64,000 nucleotides of DNA from Flavobacteriales bacterium (GCA_020635725.1 JACJZF010000003.1:464-64463); one strand, 5' to 3'. Shown: positions 1-9,096, counted from the stretch's first letter. Numbers and translations are program-made. The notes: generated from the letters alone by a model not told the origin.

Positions 1-605
1 CACGCTTTCACCATGTTCGCCATGTCCTCAGGTTCATCAGCGCACACGGCTTGACGCGGCACCTCCACGCCCAGCTTCATCAAGCGCTCCACGATGGCCG
101 CACCCGCCTTATCCTCTTTCTTGCCGCTGGCCAAGCTGTCGCTGATCACCAGTACCGCCGCCTTCACGGGCAGGTCGAAACGGTCCTTCCAATCGCTCTT
201 GCCGCCTTTCTTCTCCAGCAGTCGGATACCCGCGATCGCCACGCCCTTGTCGATGGGCTTGAGCATATCGTAGATCGTTAGCGCTGCCACGCTGGCGCCA
301 TGCATGGCCTCCACCTCCACGCCGGTACGGTAGATGGTGCGTACGCGCATGGTCACGATGATCTCCTGCTCGCCGACTGTGAATGAGCACTCCGCGTGCT
401 CGATGGGCAAGGGGTGGCAATCGGGTATGATCTCGTGGGTCTTCTTCACGCCGAAGAGCGCGGCCACGCGCGCGCTCTCCAGCACATCGCCCTTGGGAAC
501 CCGCTTCTCTCGAAGAGCCGCGACCGTGGCCGGATCGCTCACCGTGACAAGCGCCGTGGCGGTGGCCTCGCGGAGCGAGGTGGGTTTGCGTGTGATGTCA
601 ATCAC
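1..605 (-). CDS. moaC: Cyclic pyranopterin monophosphate synthase MoaC fused to a MogA/MoaB-like domain (partial; runs off left edge)
   Basis: Manual minus-strand translation from the GTG at 605..603 (in-frame TAG immediately upstream at 608..606) gives 'IDITRKPTSLREATATALVTVSDPATVAALREKRVPKGDVLESARVAALFGVKKTHEIIPDCHPLPIEHAECSFTV...GGKSDWKDRFDLPVKAAVLVISDSLASGKKEDKAGAAIVERL'. The first part is MoaC-like and the rest is MogA/MoaB-like. It is absent from the ORF track because no stop lies in the window. Confidence 0.75.
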   Translation of the reverse strand, partial: MIDITRKPTSLREATATALVTVSDPATVAALREKRVPKGDVLESARVAALFGVKKTHEIIPDCHPLPIEHAECSFTVGEQEIIVTMRVRTIYRTGVEVEAMHGASVAALTIYDMLKPIDKGVAIAGIRLLEKKGGKSDWKDRFDLPVKAAVLVISDSLASGKKEDKAGAAIVERLMKLGVEVPRQAVCADEPEDMANMVKA

Positions 606-645
606 CTAAGTTGGGAGTTGGTGGTTGAGTGCGTTGGGAGTTGGT

Positions 646-1104
646 TCACCCATGATTCACTTTCCATTCGTGGCCGCCTTGTTCGAGCATCTCCTTCCCG
701 AAGATTGGAAGCTCGGCCTTGATCCGATCCACCACCCAGGAGACGGCTTCGCGAGATGCAGAGCGATGCGGCGCGCTGGCGAAGACCATGAAGCACAGCT
801 CGCCAGCCTTGATGATGCCCAGGCTGTGGTGGACATGCAAGCAGGTCATCTCCGGCCATTTCCCGAAGGCCTCCTCACGGATCACGGTCATGCGTTCGAG
901 GGCCATCTCGCGGTAGGCGGTGTACTCGATGGCGGCTACGCGGCGTCCATCCGCCTCATCCGCGCGCACTTGGCCAAGGAAGATCTCATGCGCGCCGATG
1001 TCCGTGCGCGTGGCATGCTTCGCGATGCTCGTGCCAACGAAGGCGGGATCGATCGCGCCATCGAGGAAGATGTCCTTGACCTTATGATGCCGGTGCTCGT
1101 TCAT
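646..1104 (-). CDS. moaE: Molybdopterin synthase catalytic subunit MoaE
   Basis: 152-aa ORF with a MoaE-like sequence. Its start overlaps the moaD stop (1101..1104). Confidence 0.8.
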   Translation of the reverse strand: MNEHRHHKVKDIFLDGAIDPAFVGTSIAKHATRTDIGAHEIFLGQVRADEADGRRVAAIEYTAYREMALERMTVIREEAFGKWPEMTCLHVHHSLGIIKAGELCFMVFASAPHRSASREAVSWVVDRIKAELPIFGKEMLEQGGHEWKVNHG

Positions 1105-1325
1105 CCGCCCGCGAATGGTGGCAGCACGGCGATCTCCTCACTGCCGGTGAGGACTATATCGGACTGCACGATACGTCGGTCTACCGCGATGGCGTGCCGG
1201 ATGCCGTCGAGGCCTTGGATGCGCTGTGCGAGCATGGCGCGGAGCTCATCAAGCGACCCTGCGTTCACCTCCAGGTGATCGGTGCCTGCCTTCTCCGCGA
1301 TCATGCCGAACAGTCGTATGCGCAT
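1101..1325 (-). CDS. moaD: Molybdopterin synthase sulfur-carrier subunit MoaD
   Basis: 74-aa ORF ending in a Gly-Gly C-terminus ('...LPPFAGG'), typical of MoaD/ThiS. It sits between mobA and moaE. Confidence 0.75.
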   Translation of the reverse strand: MRIRLFGMIAEKAGTDHLEVNAGSLDELRAMLAQRIQGLDGIRHAIAVDRRIVQSDIVLTGSEEIAVLPPFAGG

Positions 1326-1328
1326 GCC

Positions 1329-1892
1329 TCAAAGATCGCCCGGCGTGTTGATGTTGCGGAAGAGGTCCACTGGCCAGCCATCCTCGCCGGGACAGAGCTG
1401 CACGAAGGTGGCGCCGATAGGCTCCAGCGCGTGGCTCACCTTCCATTCGCCTTTCGCCACGCACGCCTCGAGGACTGTGCGGCACTTGCGGTGATAGGCG
1501 GCGGCCAACGGCTCCGGGCGCCCATCGCACGCCGGCACCAAGGCCGATGCATCGGGCGGATACGCACGCTTGAGGAATTCGAAGAACGCGGGCGTGAGAT
1601 TCGGCATGTCGCACGCGACTACGATCAGGCGTTCGTTGCTGGCATAACGCATGGCCGTGATGATGCCGCCGAGCGGGCCGATCCCGGGCACATCATCGGC
1701 GATCACGAAGGGTCCGACGTGACCGTGCTTCTCGGGATCGCCGATCACCAATAGCTCCTGCACATGCGGCTCGATGCGATCGAGCGCGCGATCGAGCAGG
1801 GTGCGCCCCTCGAGCTCCAACAGGGCCTTGTCGCGCCCCATGCGCGAGCTGCGGCCACCGGCCAGCACCACGCCGGTCCAGCTCGGTGTCAT
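1329..1892 (-). CDS. mobA: Molybdenum cofactor guanylyltransferase MobA
   Basis: 187 aa with the 'VVLAGGRSSRMGRDKALL' nucleotidyltransferase motif of MobA. Its start overlaps the moeA stop by 4 bp. Confidence 0.85.
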   Translation of the reverse strand: MTPSWTGVVLAGGRSSRMGRDKALLELEGRTLLDRALDRIEPHVQELLVIGDPEKHGHVGPFVIADDVPGIGPLGGIITAMRYASNERLIVVACDMPNLTPAFFEFLKRAYPPDASALVPACDGRPEPLAAAYHRKCRTVLEACVAKGEWKVSHALEPIGATFVQLCPGEDGWPVDLFRNINTPGDL

Positions 1893-3067
1893 ACGTGTTG
1901 AAGGTGCATGACATCAACGAGGTCGCCTGCCGCGTAGGCGCGCGCATCCGCGGGAAAGTTGACCAGCGCATTCGCCTGCGCCATGGTCTGGAGCATGTGC
2001 GAGCCTTCATCGGCGAGCAGATGCACCTTCCCGGAGCGCACGGTAGCCGCGCGGAACTCGACTCGCTCGCCTTTGAGCCGCACGGAAGCTGCCAAGGGCA
2101 GCTGATCCATGTCGCGCAGGGGTGATTCGGCTCCTTGCATGGCGCGAATGAAGGGCAGCACGTGCACGAGCCAACCGATCAGCACAGCACGCGGATTGCC
2201 CGGAAGGCCGAAGATCGGAGTCCGGCCCAGCGTGGCGAACAGCATGGGCTTGCCGGGCTTCTGCCGCACGCCATGGAAATGGATAACTGCCCCGAGATCT
2301 TCCAGCACGGCGCGCACATGATCATGATCACCCACGGATACCCCGCCTGTGGTGATGACCACGTCGCTCTCTTCCACCGCCTCCTGCAACGCTGCGCGAA
2401 GGGCCGCGGGATCATCCTCCACGAGGAAGGGTGCATCATCCGTGAGCAGTCCCGCTTGCCGGACGGCTGCCATGAGCATGTGCTCGTTGCTCGAATGGAT
2501 GCGGCCTGCAGACGGACCGCCGGGCTCCATGAATTCGCTTCCTGTGCGAACGATGCCCACCTCAGGGGCCATGCTCACCATCACTTCATCCAAGCCGCTC
2601 GATGCCAGCAGGCCGATGGATGCGGCGCTCAGCCGATGGCCGCGCTTCAGCAGGATGTCTCCTGCGCGGAACGACTCGAACGCGCGCCGGATGTTGGCGC
2701 CGTCGGCGATAGCGCCATCAGCGTGGAGGATGAGATTGTCCTCGTGGCGCACCCGTTCCTGCATCACCACGGCACGGCAGCCGTCAGGCACCATGCCTCC
2801 GGTGAGGATGCGGGCGCACTGATCCGGTCTAATGGCGTGCGGCAGCGCATCTCCGGCCGCGATCGTCCCGGTAAGGCGCCATGGTCCCGGCCCCGTGCCC
2901 AAGGCATAGCCATCCACAGCGCTCATGTCGAAGAGCGGGAAGCCATCCGGTGCCATGGCGTCCGCTGCGAGGTAACGGCCCACTGCGGCCTGCACGGGAA
3001 TGAACTCGGCGCCGAGCGGCCTCGCCTGCGCGAACAGGATGCTCCGTGCCTCTTCAACGGTGATCAT
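1889..3067 (-). CDS. moeA: Molybdopterin molybdenumtransferase MoeA
   Basis: MoeA-like sequence ('MITVEEARSIL...GTGPGPWRLTG...ITTGGVSVGDHD...'). Start taken at ATG 3067..3065, which overlaps the TGA stop of the upstream TauE gene as ATGA. The track ORF extends to 3229 through a GC-rich, non-protein-like N-terminus. Confidence 0.85.
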   Translation of the reverse strand: MITVEEARSILFAQARPLGAEFIPVQAAVGRYLAADAMAPDGFPLFDMSAVDGYALGTGPGPWRLTGTIAAGDALPHAIRPDQCARILTGGMVPDGCRAVVMQERVRHEDNLILHADGAIADGANIRRAFESFRAGDILLKRGHRLSAASIGLLASSGLDEVMVSMAPEVGIVRTGSEFMEPGGPSAGRIHSSNEHMLMAAVRQAGLLTDDAPFLVEDDPAALRAALQEAVEESDVVITTGGVSVGDHDHVRAVLEDLGAVIHFHGVRQKPGKPMLFATLGRTPIFGLPGNPRAVLIGWLVHVLPFIRAMQGAESPLRDMDQLPLAASVRLKGERVEFRAATVRSGKVHLLADEGSHMLQTMAQANALVNFPADARAYAAGDLVDVMHLQHV

Positions 3068-3786
3068 GGCAGCACCAGCTTCACGCAGGCCAGCACGAGC
3101 ACGGCCCCGAGCGCGCGACGCAACCAGAGCGCATCCAGCTTCCGCGCTCCGATCCATGCGCCTGCGGCGCCGCCGGCGAGCGCCGCGCCCACCCAGGTCC
3201 ATGGAATGGTCATCGGCGCGGCATCGCACATGGCTACGCCGAGCAGGCCCGCCGCGCTATTCACCAGAATGAAGGGCGCGCTCACCGCCGCTGTCTCGTG
3301 CGCATTCGCCCAGCCCATAAGCAGCAGCAACGGACTCAGCAGCACGCCACCGCCGATGCCAATAGCACCCGCGAGCAGGCCCAATGCCGCTCCGATGAGC
3401 AGCGCGACGGGGATGCTCAGCGGGCGTGCCGAGGATCCGCTGCCGAACAGGCCCAGCAAGCGTGCCGCCGCGAGCAGCAGGCAGAGCGCGAGGAGGCGCT
3501 TGTACAGCACGGCGTCGAGCTCGAGCTGGGCGCCCAGCCACGCCATGGGTACCGATGTGATGGCGAAGGGCAGGAAGAGCCGCCAGCGGAAATGCCCCGC
3601 CCGCGCGAACTGCCAGGTGCCGATCCCGCTGACGAAGAGGTTGAGGACAAGCGCGGTGGTGCGCACCTCGCCCAAACCGAAACCGAGGATCGCGAGCAGC
3701 GCGATGTAACCGCTGGCGCCGCCATGACCCACCATGGCATAGAGCAGGGCGATGATCGCCAGGGCGAACGGGATCTCCACGCTCAT
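3064..3786 (-). CDS. TauE/SafE (DUF81) family anion exporter-type membrane protein
   Basis: 240-aa polytopic membrane protein with TauE/SafE-like Gly-rich TM helices. It is translationally coupled on both sides (4-bp overlaps with moeB and moeA). Confidence 0.75.
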   Translation of the reverse strand: MSVEIPFALAIIALLYAMVGHGGASGYIALLAILGFGLGEVRTTALVLNLFVSGIGTWQFARAGHFRWRLFLPFAITSVPMAWLGAQLELDAVLYKRLLALCLLLAAARLLGLFGSGSSARPLSIPVALLIGAALGLLAGAIGIGGGVLLSPLLLLMGWANAHETAAVSAPFILVNSAAGLLGVAMCDAAPMTIPWTWVGAALAGGAAGAWIGARKLDALWLRRALGAVLVLACVKLVLP

Positions 3787-4439
3787 CGTGCGGCAGCGGT
3801 TTCGTAGGTGACCCAGAGCCCATCGCGCGCATCGAAGAGCTCGACGACGGGGCCTGGCATCGAACGGAATTCCAGGAAATGAGCGGCCGCCGCGGCGATG
3901 CGTTCGCCCAGCGCGCTGATCACGCCGGCGGGCACCTGTGACATGTCACAGCCGCTCTGCTCATCGCCGATCCGTCCGCTGAAGAGTTCCGGGCGACGTG
4001 CCGAGGCGTGCACGCTCGGCGCAGGGATCAGGATGCACTGGGCCTGCGTGCCATGCGCCCCGCCGCTGATCAGCGGTATCATCAGTCGCTTGCATGCCCT
4101 GTCGATGAGGTCCTTCGCGAAGAGATCATCCGTGCAGTCGATCACCAGGTCATGATCGGCGAGAAGCGCTTCGGCATTCACCGCGGAGAGGAACGCATCC
4201 ACGGGAATGGCTTCCCCGCGCAGGCGTGATGCGGCCGCGTGCACCTTCGGCACTCCGATATCCTCGGTTCGGTAATAGTGCTGACGCCCGAGGTTGCGCG
4301 CCTCCACCCGATCGCCATCGATCAAGGTGAGCCGCGTGGCGCCAACCGATTGAATCGCCTTGATCACCACGCAACCTACAGCCCCTGCGCCAATCAGGGC
4401 GATGCGTGCGGAAGGGGACTGGGTGTGCCGGGCCGACAT
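3783..4439 (-). CDS. moeB: ThiF/MoeB-family adenylyltransferase (molybdopterin-synthase adenylyltransferase)
   Basis: 218 aa with a 'LIGAGAVG' Rossmann motif and an E1-like ThiF/MoeB/HesA family fold. It is the first gene of the Moco operon on the minus strand. Confidence 0.8.
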   Translation of the reverse strand: MSARHTQSPSARIALIGAGAVGCVVIKAIQSVGATRLTLIDGDRVEARNLGRQHYYRTEDIGVPKVHAAASRLRGEAIPVDAFLSAVNAEALLADHDLVIDCTDDLFAKDLIDRACKRLMIPLISGGAHGTQAQCILIPAPSVHASARRPELFSGRIGDEQSGCDMSQVPAGVISALGERIAAAAAHFLEFRSMPGPVVELFDARDGLWVTYETAAAR

Positions 4440-4474
4440 ACGGCCCCAAGGTATCCTCTACCGGCCCCTACGGT

Positions 4475-4960
4475 TCATTCGCCATCGGTCCATTGCACAT
4501 CCAGGCTGCCGGCGATCGCGCGTGAGCCGCCGCTCATCTCATTGTGCGCGGTGGCGTCGAAGGTGGCCTTGATGGAGTGCGCGGCCGTATCGAGCTGCGT
4601 GACCGAAATGCTGCCCGGTTGGTCAGGCATGATGGTGAAGCTGCTGCCGTTCTCCATGTAGAGCAGCCCATTCGAGGCTTCCGTCATGGGTTGTGTCCCG
4701 GTCGCGAGGGAGTCGATCTGAATGATGAGAGTGGTGCCCGTGAGCCCCACGCCGGTGACGATCACCGATTGGCCATCGCTGGTGGCGAGCACTTGGGCGC
4801 TGGCGCAGTATGAACTCCCATCCACCGAGGCCTGCACGCGAGCGCCATTGCTGCCGCAGCCGCTGGGGAGCAGCCCCGTATCCTGGGCGAGTTCCTCGGT
4901 ATCCTTCAGGCAGGAGGAGAGCACGATCGACGCAAGCGCGAGGTAAGCGAGTTGTTTCAT
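4475..4960 (-). CDS. Hypothetical lipoprotein
   Basis: Start at ATG 4960 gives 'MKQLAYLALASIVLSSC', a signal peptide plus lipobox. No recognisable domain. Lies 35 bp upstream of moeB on the same strand. Confidence 0.5.
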   Translation of the reverse strand: MKQLAYLALASIVLSSCLKDTEELAQDTGLLPSGCGSNGARVQASVDGSSYCASAQVLATSDGQSVIVTGVGLTGTTLIIQIDSLATGTQPMTEASNGLLYMENGSSFTIMPDQPGSISVTQLDTAAHSIKATFDATAHNEMSGGSRAIAGSLDVQWTDGE

Positions 4961-5027
4961 AGGAAGGGAGGCCGCCATCGTTGCTGGCCGGGCCCTTCAA
5001 CGTGAACCCGGCCCAAGGGATACAAGC

Positions 5028-5060
5028 AAAAGCCCCGCGACCTGAGTCGCGGGGCTTTCA
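5028..5060 (-). terminator. Rho-independent terminator hairpin downstream of the FG-GAP gene
   Basis: Plus-strand stem gccccgcga / loop cctgag / tcgcggggc (32-40 / 47-55). On the minus strand it is followed by UUUUGCUUGU. Confidence 0.6.
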
Positions 5061-5076
5061 ATCTGAATTGCTGTGC

Positions 5077-7899
5077 TCAGCGAACGATCACCTGGGTCAG
5101 GCTGCGGCCGCTGGCATGGCGAACGCGCACGGTGTACTGTCCGGCGGAGAGGCCCTGCAGGTCAACCATGCTCACGCCGCTTGCGCTCGCACCCAGGCTC
5201 CGCGCGATACGGCCGGTCACATCCAGCAGGTCGATCGCGGTGATTCCGGTGAGGCTGCCTGCATCGATGGTGAGGAAGCCCGATGCCGGGTTGGGATAGA
5301 CGCGCAGGCCATCCGCATGGGACTCCTCGACTCCCACCGTGCCGATGGTGACCTCAACAGGCGTGCGCTCGCTCTCGCAGAGCATGCTCGGCGTGGCCAC
5401 CTCCCAGTCGTAGAAGAAGTAGTAGTAGGCCGTGGCGTTGGCGCCTGCGACGCTGCTGCTGGTGATGGCGCCCACCGTTCCCAAGGCGAAGGGATAGGCC
5501 GGGTTGCTGCCCAGGCCATCACGCCACAGCTGCGGGTTGCCGCTGGCGATGCGCAGGCCATAATCACCGGCCGCGGGCACATCGAAGTTGAGGGTGATGC
5601 GGCTCTCCCCATCGGGCACGTCGGCGGTGAAGCTCGCCAGCACCGAGCCATCGGTTCGGTCGGTGAGCTGCACCGTGCGGCTGCCAGCGCCGTTGGCATA
5701 CACCTTCACGCTCACGATCGTGAAGGGCTCGTAGGCCGTGAAGAAGGGGTAATTGTCCGCGTTGATGTGGTACTGGCCAGGGCTGGCGGTGTTCAGCCGG
5801 TCCTGCGGGCCGCCGTAGGAGACCTCACCACCGTGCACCGTGGCTGCCGTGGCGTAGAAGACCGTATTGCTGCTGACGAAGGGTGTGGTGAAGGTGTTCC
5901 CCGTGCCCACAGGCGTACCGCCACTGGCCACATCGTACCAGGTGATGTTGTCGCCGGTGGCTGTGAGGTCGGCGGTGCCCGGCACCAGAATGTTCACGTC
6001 GTCCGCTACAGGCGGGGCGGCAGCAGCCAGCACATCCACCGTGATCACCGCGCTGGTGAACTCGGCGCAGGTGCCTTCGATCGTCACCGCATAGGAGCCC
6101 GCGGCCGTCACCTCGATGCTCTGCGAAGTGGCACCGCCGGTCCACATGTAGGAAGCAGCGGCGGAACTCGTAAGTGTCACGGAACCGCCTTCGCAGAAGG
6201 TCAGCGCGCCGCTGGTCTCCACCGTGGGTGTCTCATCGGGGCTCTCCTGAACGAAATAGCTCGCGGTGGCCGTGCATCCGTTTCCATCGTCAATGGTCAC
6301 GCTGTAGCTGCCCGCGGTGCCCACCGTGATGTTCTGCGTGGTGGCGCCCGTGCTCCAGGTGTAGGTGAAGCCGACGTTGGCCGAGAGCTCCACTTGGTCG
6401 CCGCCGCCGCAGAGCACCGGATCGCCCACCGGGCTGATCATCGCCTCAGGGCTGATGCACGTGCCTTCGATCAGGGTCACGTACTGGTCTGCGGAGAGGT
6501 CCGTGTAGGTGTCCTCCAAGCCGCTCGGCCAGTTCACCGTGAGGGTGGGGATCGTGGTGTGCTGGCCGAGGCCGAACAGGCCGGCGAAGGTGGTCACCAT
6601 ACCATAGCTCTCACCTGCGCGCACCTCGCGGATCTGCGTGCCCCAAGGACCGGTGATCGTGATGCGCGCTCCAACGGCGTCGAGGTTGCTCACGGTGCCT
6701 TTCAGGCGCACGCCGAACCAGTGGTTGTCGTTGGCATCGTTCATCCACAGACGGTCGGGGTTGGCGTTGTCGGCGGTGATGTAATTGCTGCCGTAGTTGG
6801 CGAACACATCCACGAAGCCATCGTTGTTCAGGTCGCCGGTGGCGAAGCTGTGCATGGCCTTGTTCGCGGGGAACATGCCGTTGACACGCGTGAAGGTGTG
6901 GTCGCCATCGTTGTGGAAGTAGTATTCCACGCCGCCCGCGATCAGGATGTCAACGAAGCCGTCGTTGTCGAAGTCGGCGAACTTGCTCTGGAGCATGAAG
7001 CCGGTGTACTCGAGGCCGCTGCCCGAGGTGATCTCCGTGAAATGCCCGGCGCCATCGTTCTCGAAGAGCTGGATGGTCGCGTCGTGGTTCGTCACCACCA
7101 TGTCGAAGTCACCGTCGTTGTCGATGTCCCCGAAATCAGCGGTCCAGCTCTGGTTGCGGATCTGGATGCCATAGGCGGCGGCCTGGTCGGTGTAGTTGTT
7201 GGATCCGTCATTCACGAAGAGGCGGTTCCAGCGGCGCGGGTCAGCGGGGTCGTTCACGCCTTGGCGGCAGTGGGCGATATAGAGGTCGAGGTCGCCGTCG
7301 TTGTCGAAGTCCGTCCAAACGCTGCCGTAGTTCCCGCTCATATCGCTGGTCGGGTTGGTCGTGTAGTCGATGATGTTGGCATAGGCGAGGTTGCCATTGC
7401 CATCGTTCAACCACTGGCGGGGAGCGCCATCGTCGTGGCAGGACCAGTAATCGTTGTGGCCATCGTTGTCGATGTCGGCGATGTTCACGCACTGGGTGAA
7501 GAGGCTCCCGTTGTTCAGGTCCACGATCGTGCTGTTGCCCACCGAGCTGATGTTGCGGTAGTGCACGCCATCGTAGCTGCCCCCGCTCACCACGTCTTTA
7601 TGGCCATTGTTGTCGATGTCCGCAACGGCGAAGCCCCACTGGCCCGAGTTGCTCATGTTGCCGTAGTTCACCGGGGTGAAGCTCCCATCGGTGTTCTGGT
7701 ATTCCACGACCAGCAAACGGGCGTTGTCGAGCTTGACGATGTCGTCGAGCCCGTCGCCGTTCATGTCCACCACGCCCATGCAGCCTCCGCTGTAGGTGGT
7801 GGTCATCTGGTTGCTGGCGTTGGTGAAGGAGAGCTGCGCGTTGAGCGCAAGGGGCGAGAGCAATGAGGCTATGGCCCAGAGGGTAGTGCGTCCTTTCAT
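5077..7899 (-). CDS. FG-GAP/ASPIC-UnbV repeat protein with Ig-like repeats and T9SS C-terminal sorting domain
   Basis: 940 aa with an N-terminal signal peptide. Repeated 'DxDxDGxxD' FG-GAP calcium motifs, the 'ASPIC/UnbV' region, CxGxSVTLT Ig-like repeats and a C-terminal Por-secretion-tail-like segment ('...RVYPNPASGFLTIDAG...QYTVRV'). Confidence 0.85.
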   Translation of the reverse strand: MKGRTTLWAIASLLSPLALNAQLSFTNASNQMTTTYSGGCMGVVDMNGDGLDDIVKLDNARLLVVEYQNTDGSFTPVNYGNMSNSGQWGFAVADIDNNGHKDVVSGGSYDGVHYRNISSVGNSTIVDLNNGSLFTQCVNIADIDNDGHNDYWSCHDDGAPRQWLNDGNGNLAYANIIDYTTNPTSDMSGNYGSVWTDFDNDGDLDLYIAHCRQGVNDPADPRRWNRLFVNDGSNNYTDQAAAYGIQIRNQSWTADFGDIDNDGDFDMVVTNHDATIQLFENDGAGHFTEITSGSGLEYTGFMLQSKFADFDNDGFVDILIAGGVEYYFHNDGDHTFTRVNGMFPANKAMHSFATGDLNNDGFVDVFANYGSNYITADNANPDRLWMNDANDNHWFGVRLKGTVSNLDAVGARITITGPWGTQIREVRAGESYGMVTTFAGLFGLGQHTTIPTLTVNWPSGLEDTYTDLSADQYVTLIEGTCISPEAMISPVGDPVLCGGGDQVELSANVGFTYTWSTGATTQNITVGTAGSYSVTIDDGNGCTATASYFVQESPDETPTVETSGALTFCEGGSVTLTSSAAASYMWTGGATSQSIEVTAAGSYAVTIEGTCAEFTSAVITVDVLAAAAPPVADDVNILVPGTADLTATGDNITWYDVASGGTPVGTGNTFTTPFVSSNTVFYATAATVHGGEVSYGGPQDRLNTASPGQYHINADNYPFFTAYEPFTIVSVKVYANGAGSRTVQLTDRTDGSVLASFTADVPDGESRITLNFDVPAAGDYGLRIASGNPQLWRDGLGSNPAYPFALGTVGAITSSSVAGANATAYYYFFYDWEVATPSMLCESERTPVEVTIGTVGVEESHADGLRVYPNPASGFLTIDAGSLTGITAIDLLDVTGRIARSLGASASGVSMVDLQGLSAGQYTVRVRHASGRSLTQVIVR

Positions 7900-7968
7900 G
7901 TGTTGGTCGGTTCGGTTCCGTGCGGTTGCTTGCAGGCGGCCCGAATGTAGCGGAATGGACGGGCCGAC

Positions 7969-9096
7969 CTATTCGCCCTTCGACGACCGCGATGGAGATC
8001 CTACCAAGGCCTCCGCAGCGCCTTCGAGGCTCTGCCGACGGATGCTCTCCCGGTGGATGGCGTCCATGAATTCCCGCACGAAGGCCTCGCTCAGCCCCAA
8101 GTGGTGGGCCAGTCGCACCTGCCGTTTCATGATCCGGTCCCAGCGCTCGGGCTGAAGGATGGCCACCTGGTGGGCCCGCTTGTGGTCCCCGATCCGCTCG
8201 GCGATGTCCATGCGTGTGCCCAGCTTCTGCGCGATCTCCTCGTCGAGCTGGTCGATCAGGTCGCGCAATTCCTCCAGGCGGTCTCGCATGCCGGCGGTGG
8301 GGGCCGCCTCGCGGAAGATGAGCCCGTCGAGCAGCGCGCTGAAGGCGGCAGGGCTCAGCTGCTGTTCAGCATCGCTCCGCGCCACGGCCGGGTCGGGATG
8401 TACTTCCACCATCAGACCGCCGAACCCCAGGTCCAGCGCCTGCTGCGCCACGGGTCCGATGCGTTCGGCATGACCGGCGATGTGGCTGGGGTCGCAGAGC
8501 AGCTCGAGCTCCGGATGCGCCGCCTTCAGCCGGATGGGGAATTCCCACATCGGGCTGTTGCGGTACGGAGTGCGCTCGAACCAGTTGAAGCCACGGTGCA
8601 CCGCGGCTAAGCGCCGCAGCCCGGCACGGTGCAGGCGCTCGAGCGCGCCGGTCCAGAGGTGGAGGTCCGGGTTGATGGGGTTCTTCACCAGCACAGGCAC
8701 ATCGGTGCCTTGCAAGGCATCGGCGATGGCTTGCACGCTGAAGGGATTCGGCGTGGTGCGCGCGCCGATCCAGAGCATGTCGATCCCAGCTTTCAAGCAG
8801 GCTTCAACATGCTCCGGGGTGGCCACCTCGGTCATCACCAGCAGGCCGGTCTCTTCCTTCGCTCGCTTCAGCCAGGCGAGCGCGGTATCTCCGGCGCCCT
8901 CGAAGCTGCCGGGTCGTGTCCGGGGCTTCCACACCCCGGCCCGCAAGGCCTGCACCCGACCATCGGCCTTGAGCTTGGTGGCCGTGGCCAGCACCTGCTC
9001 CTCGCTCTCGGCGCTGCACGGCCCAGCGATCACCAAAGGGCGATCCAGTCCCAAGGACCATTGCGCGAAGGGGGCCGGGGCGAAAGGGCTATTCAC
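7969..9096 (-). CDS. Bifunctional 3-deoxy-7-phosphoheptulonate synthase / chorismate mutase
   Basis: 375 aa. N-terminal KDO8P/DAHP-synthase-family region ('LVIAGPCSAESEEQ') plus a C-terminal chorismate-mutase-like helical domain. This fusion is common in Bacteroidetes. Confidence 0.85.
   Translation of the reverse strand: MNSPFAPAPFAQWSLGLDRPLVIAGPCSAESEEQVLATATKLKADGRVQALRAGVWKPRTRPGSFEGAGDTALAWLKRAKEETGLLVMTEVATPEHVEACLKAGIDMLWIGARTTPNPFSVQAIADALQGTDVPVLVKNPINPDLHLWTGALERLHRAGLRRLAAVHRGFNWFERTPYRNSPMWEFPIRLKAAHPELELLCDPSHIAGHAERIGPVAQQALDLGFGGLMVEVHPDPAVARSDAEQQLSPAAFSALLDGLIFREAAPTAGMRDRLEELRDLIDQLDEEIAQKLGTRMDIAERIGDHKRAHQVAILQPERWDRIMKRQVRLAHHLGLSEAFVREFMDAIHRESIRRQSLEGAAEALVGSPSRSSKGE

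Noticed and set aside
109-609. Track ORFs 109..420(-), 334..609(+), 396..722(+) in the first 700 bp
   Set aside because: All are out of frame with the minus-strand MoaC-MogA reading frame. That frame translates cleanly into MoaC motifs from the GTG at 605.
4981-7866. 961-aa plus-strand ORF antisense to the FG-GAP gene
   Set aside because: Gly/Ala/Arg/Val-rich, low-complexity translation typical of the antisense frame of a GC3-rich gene. The opposite strand encodes a protein with clear FG-GAP, Ig-like and CTD motifs.
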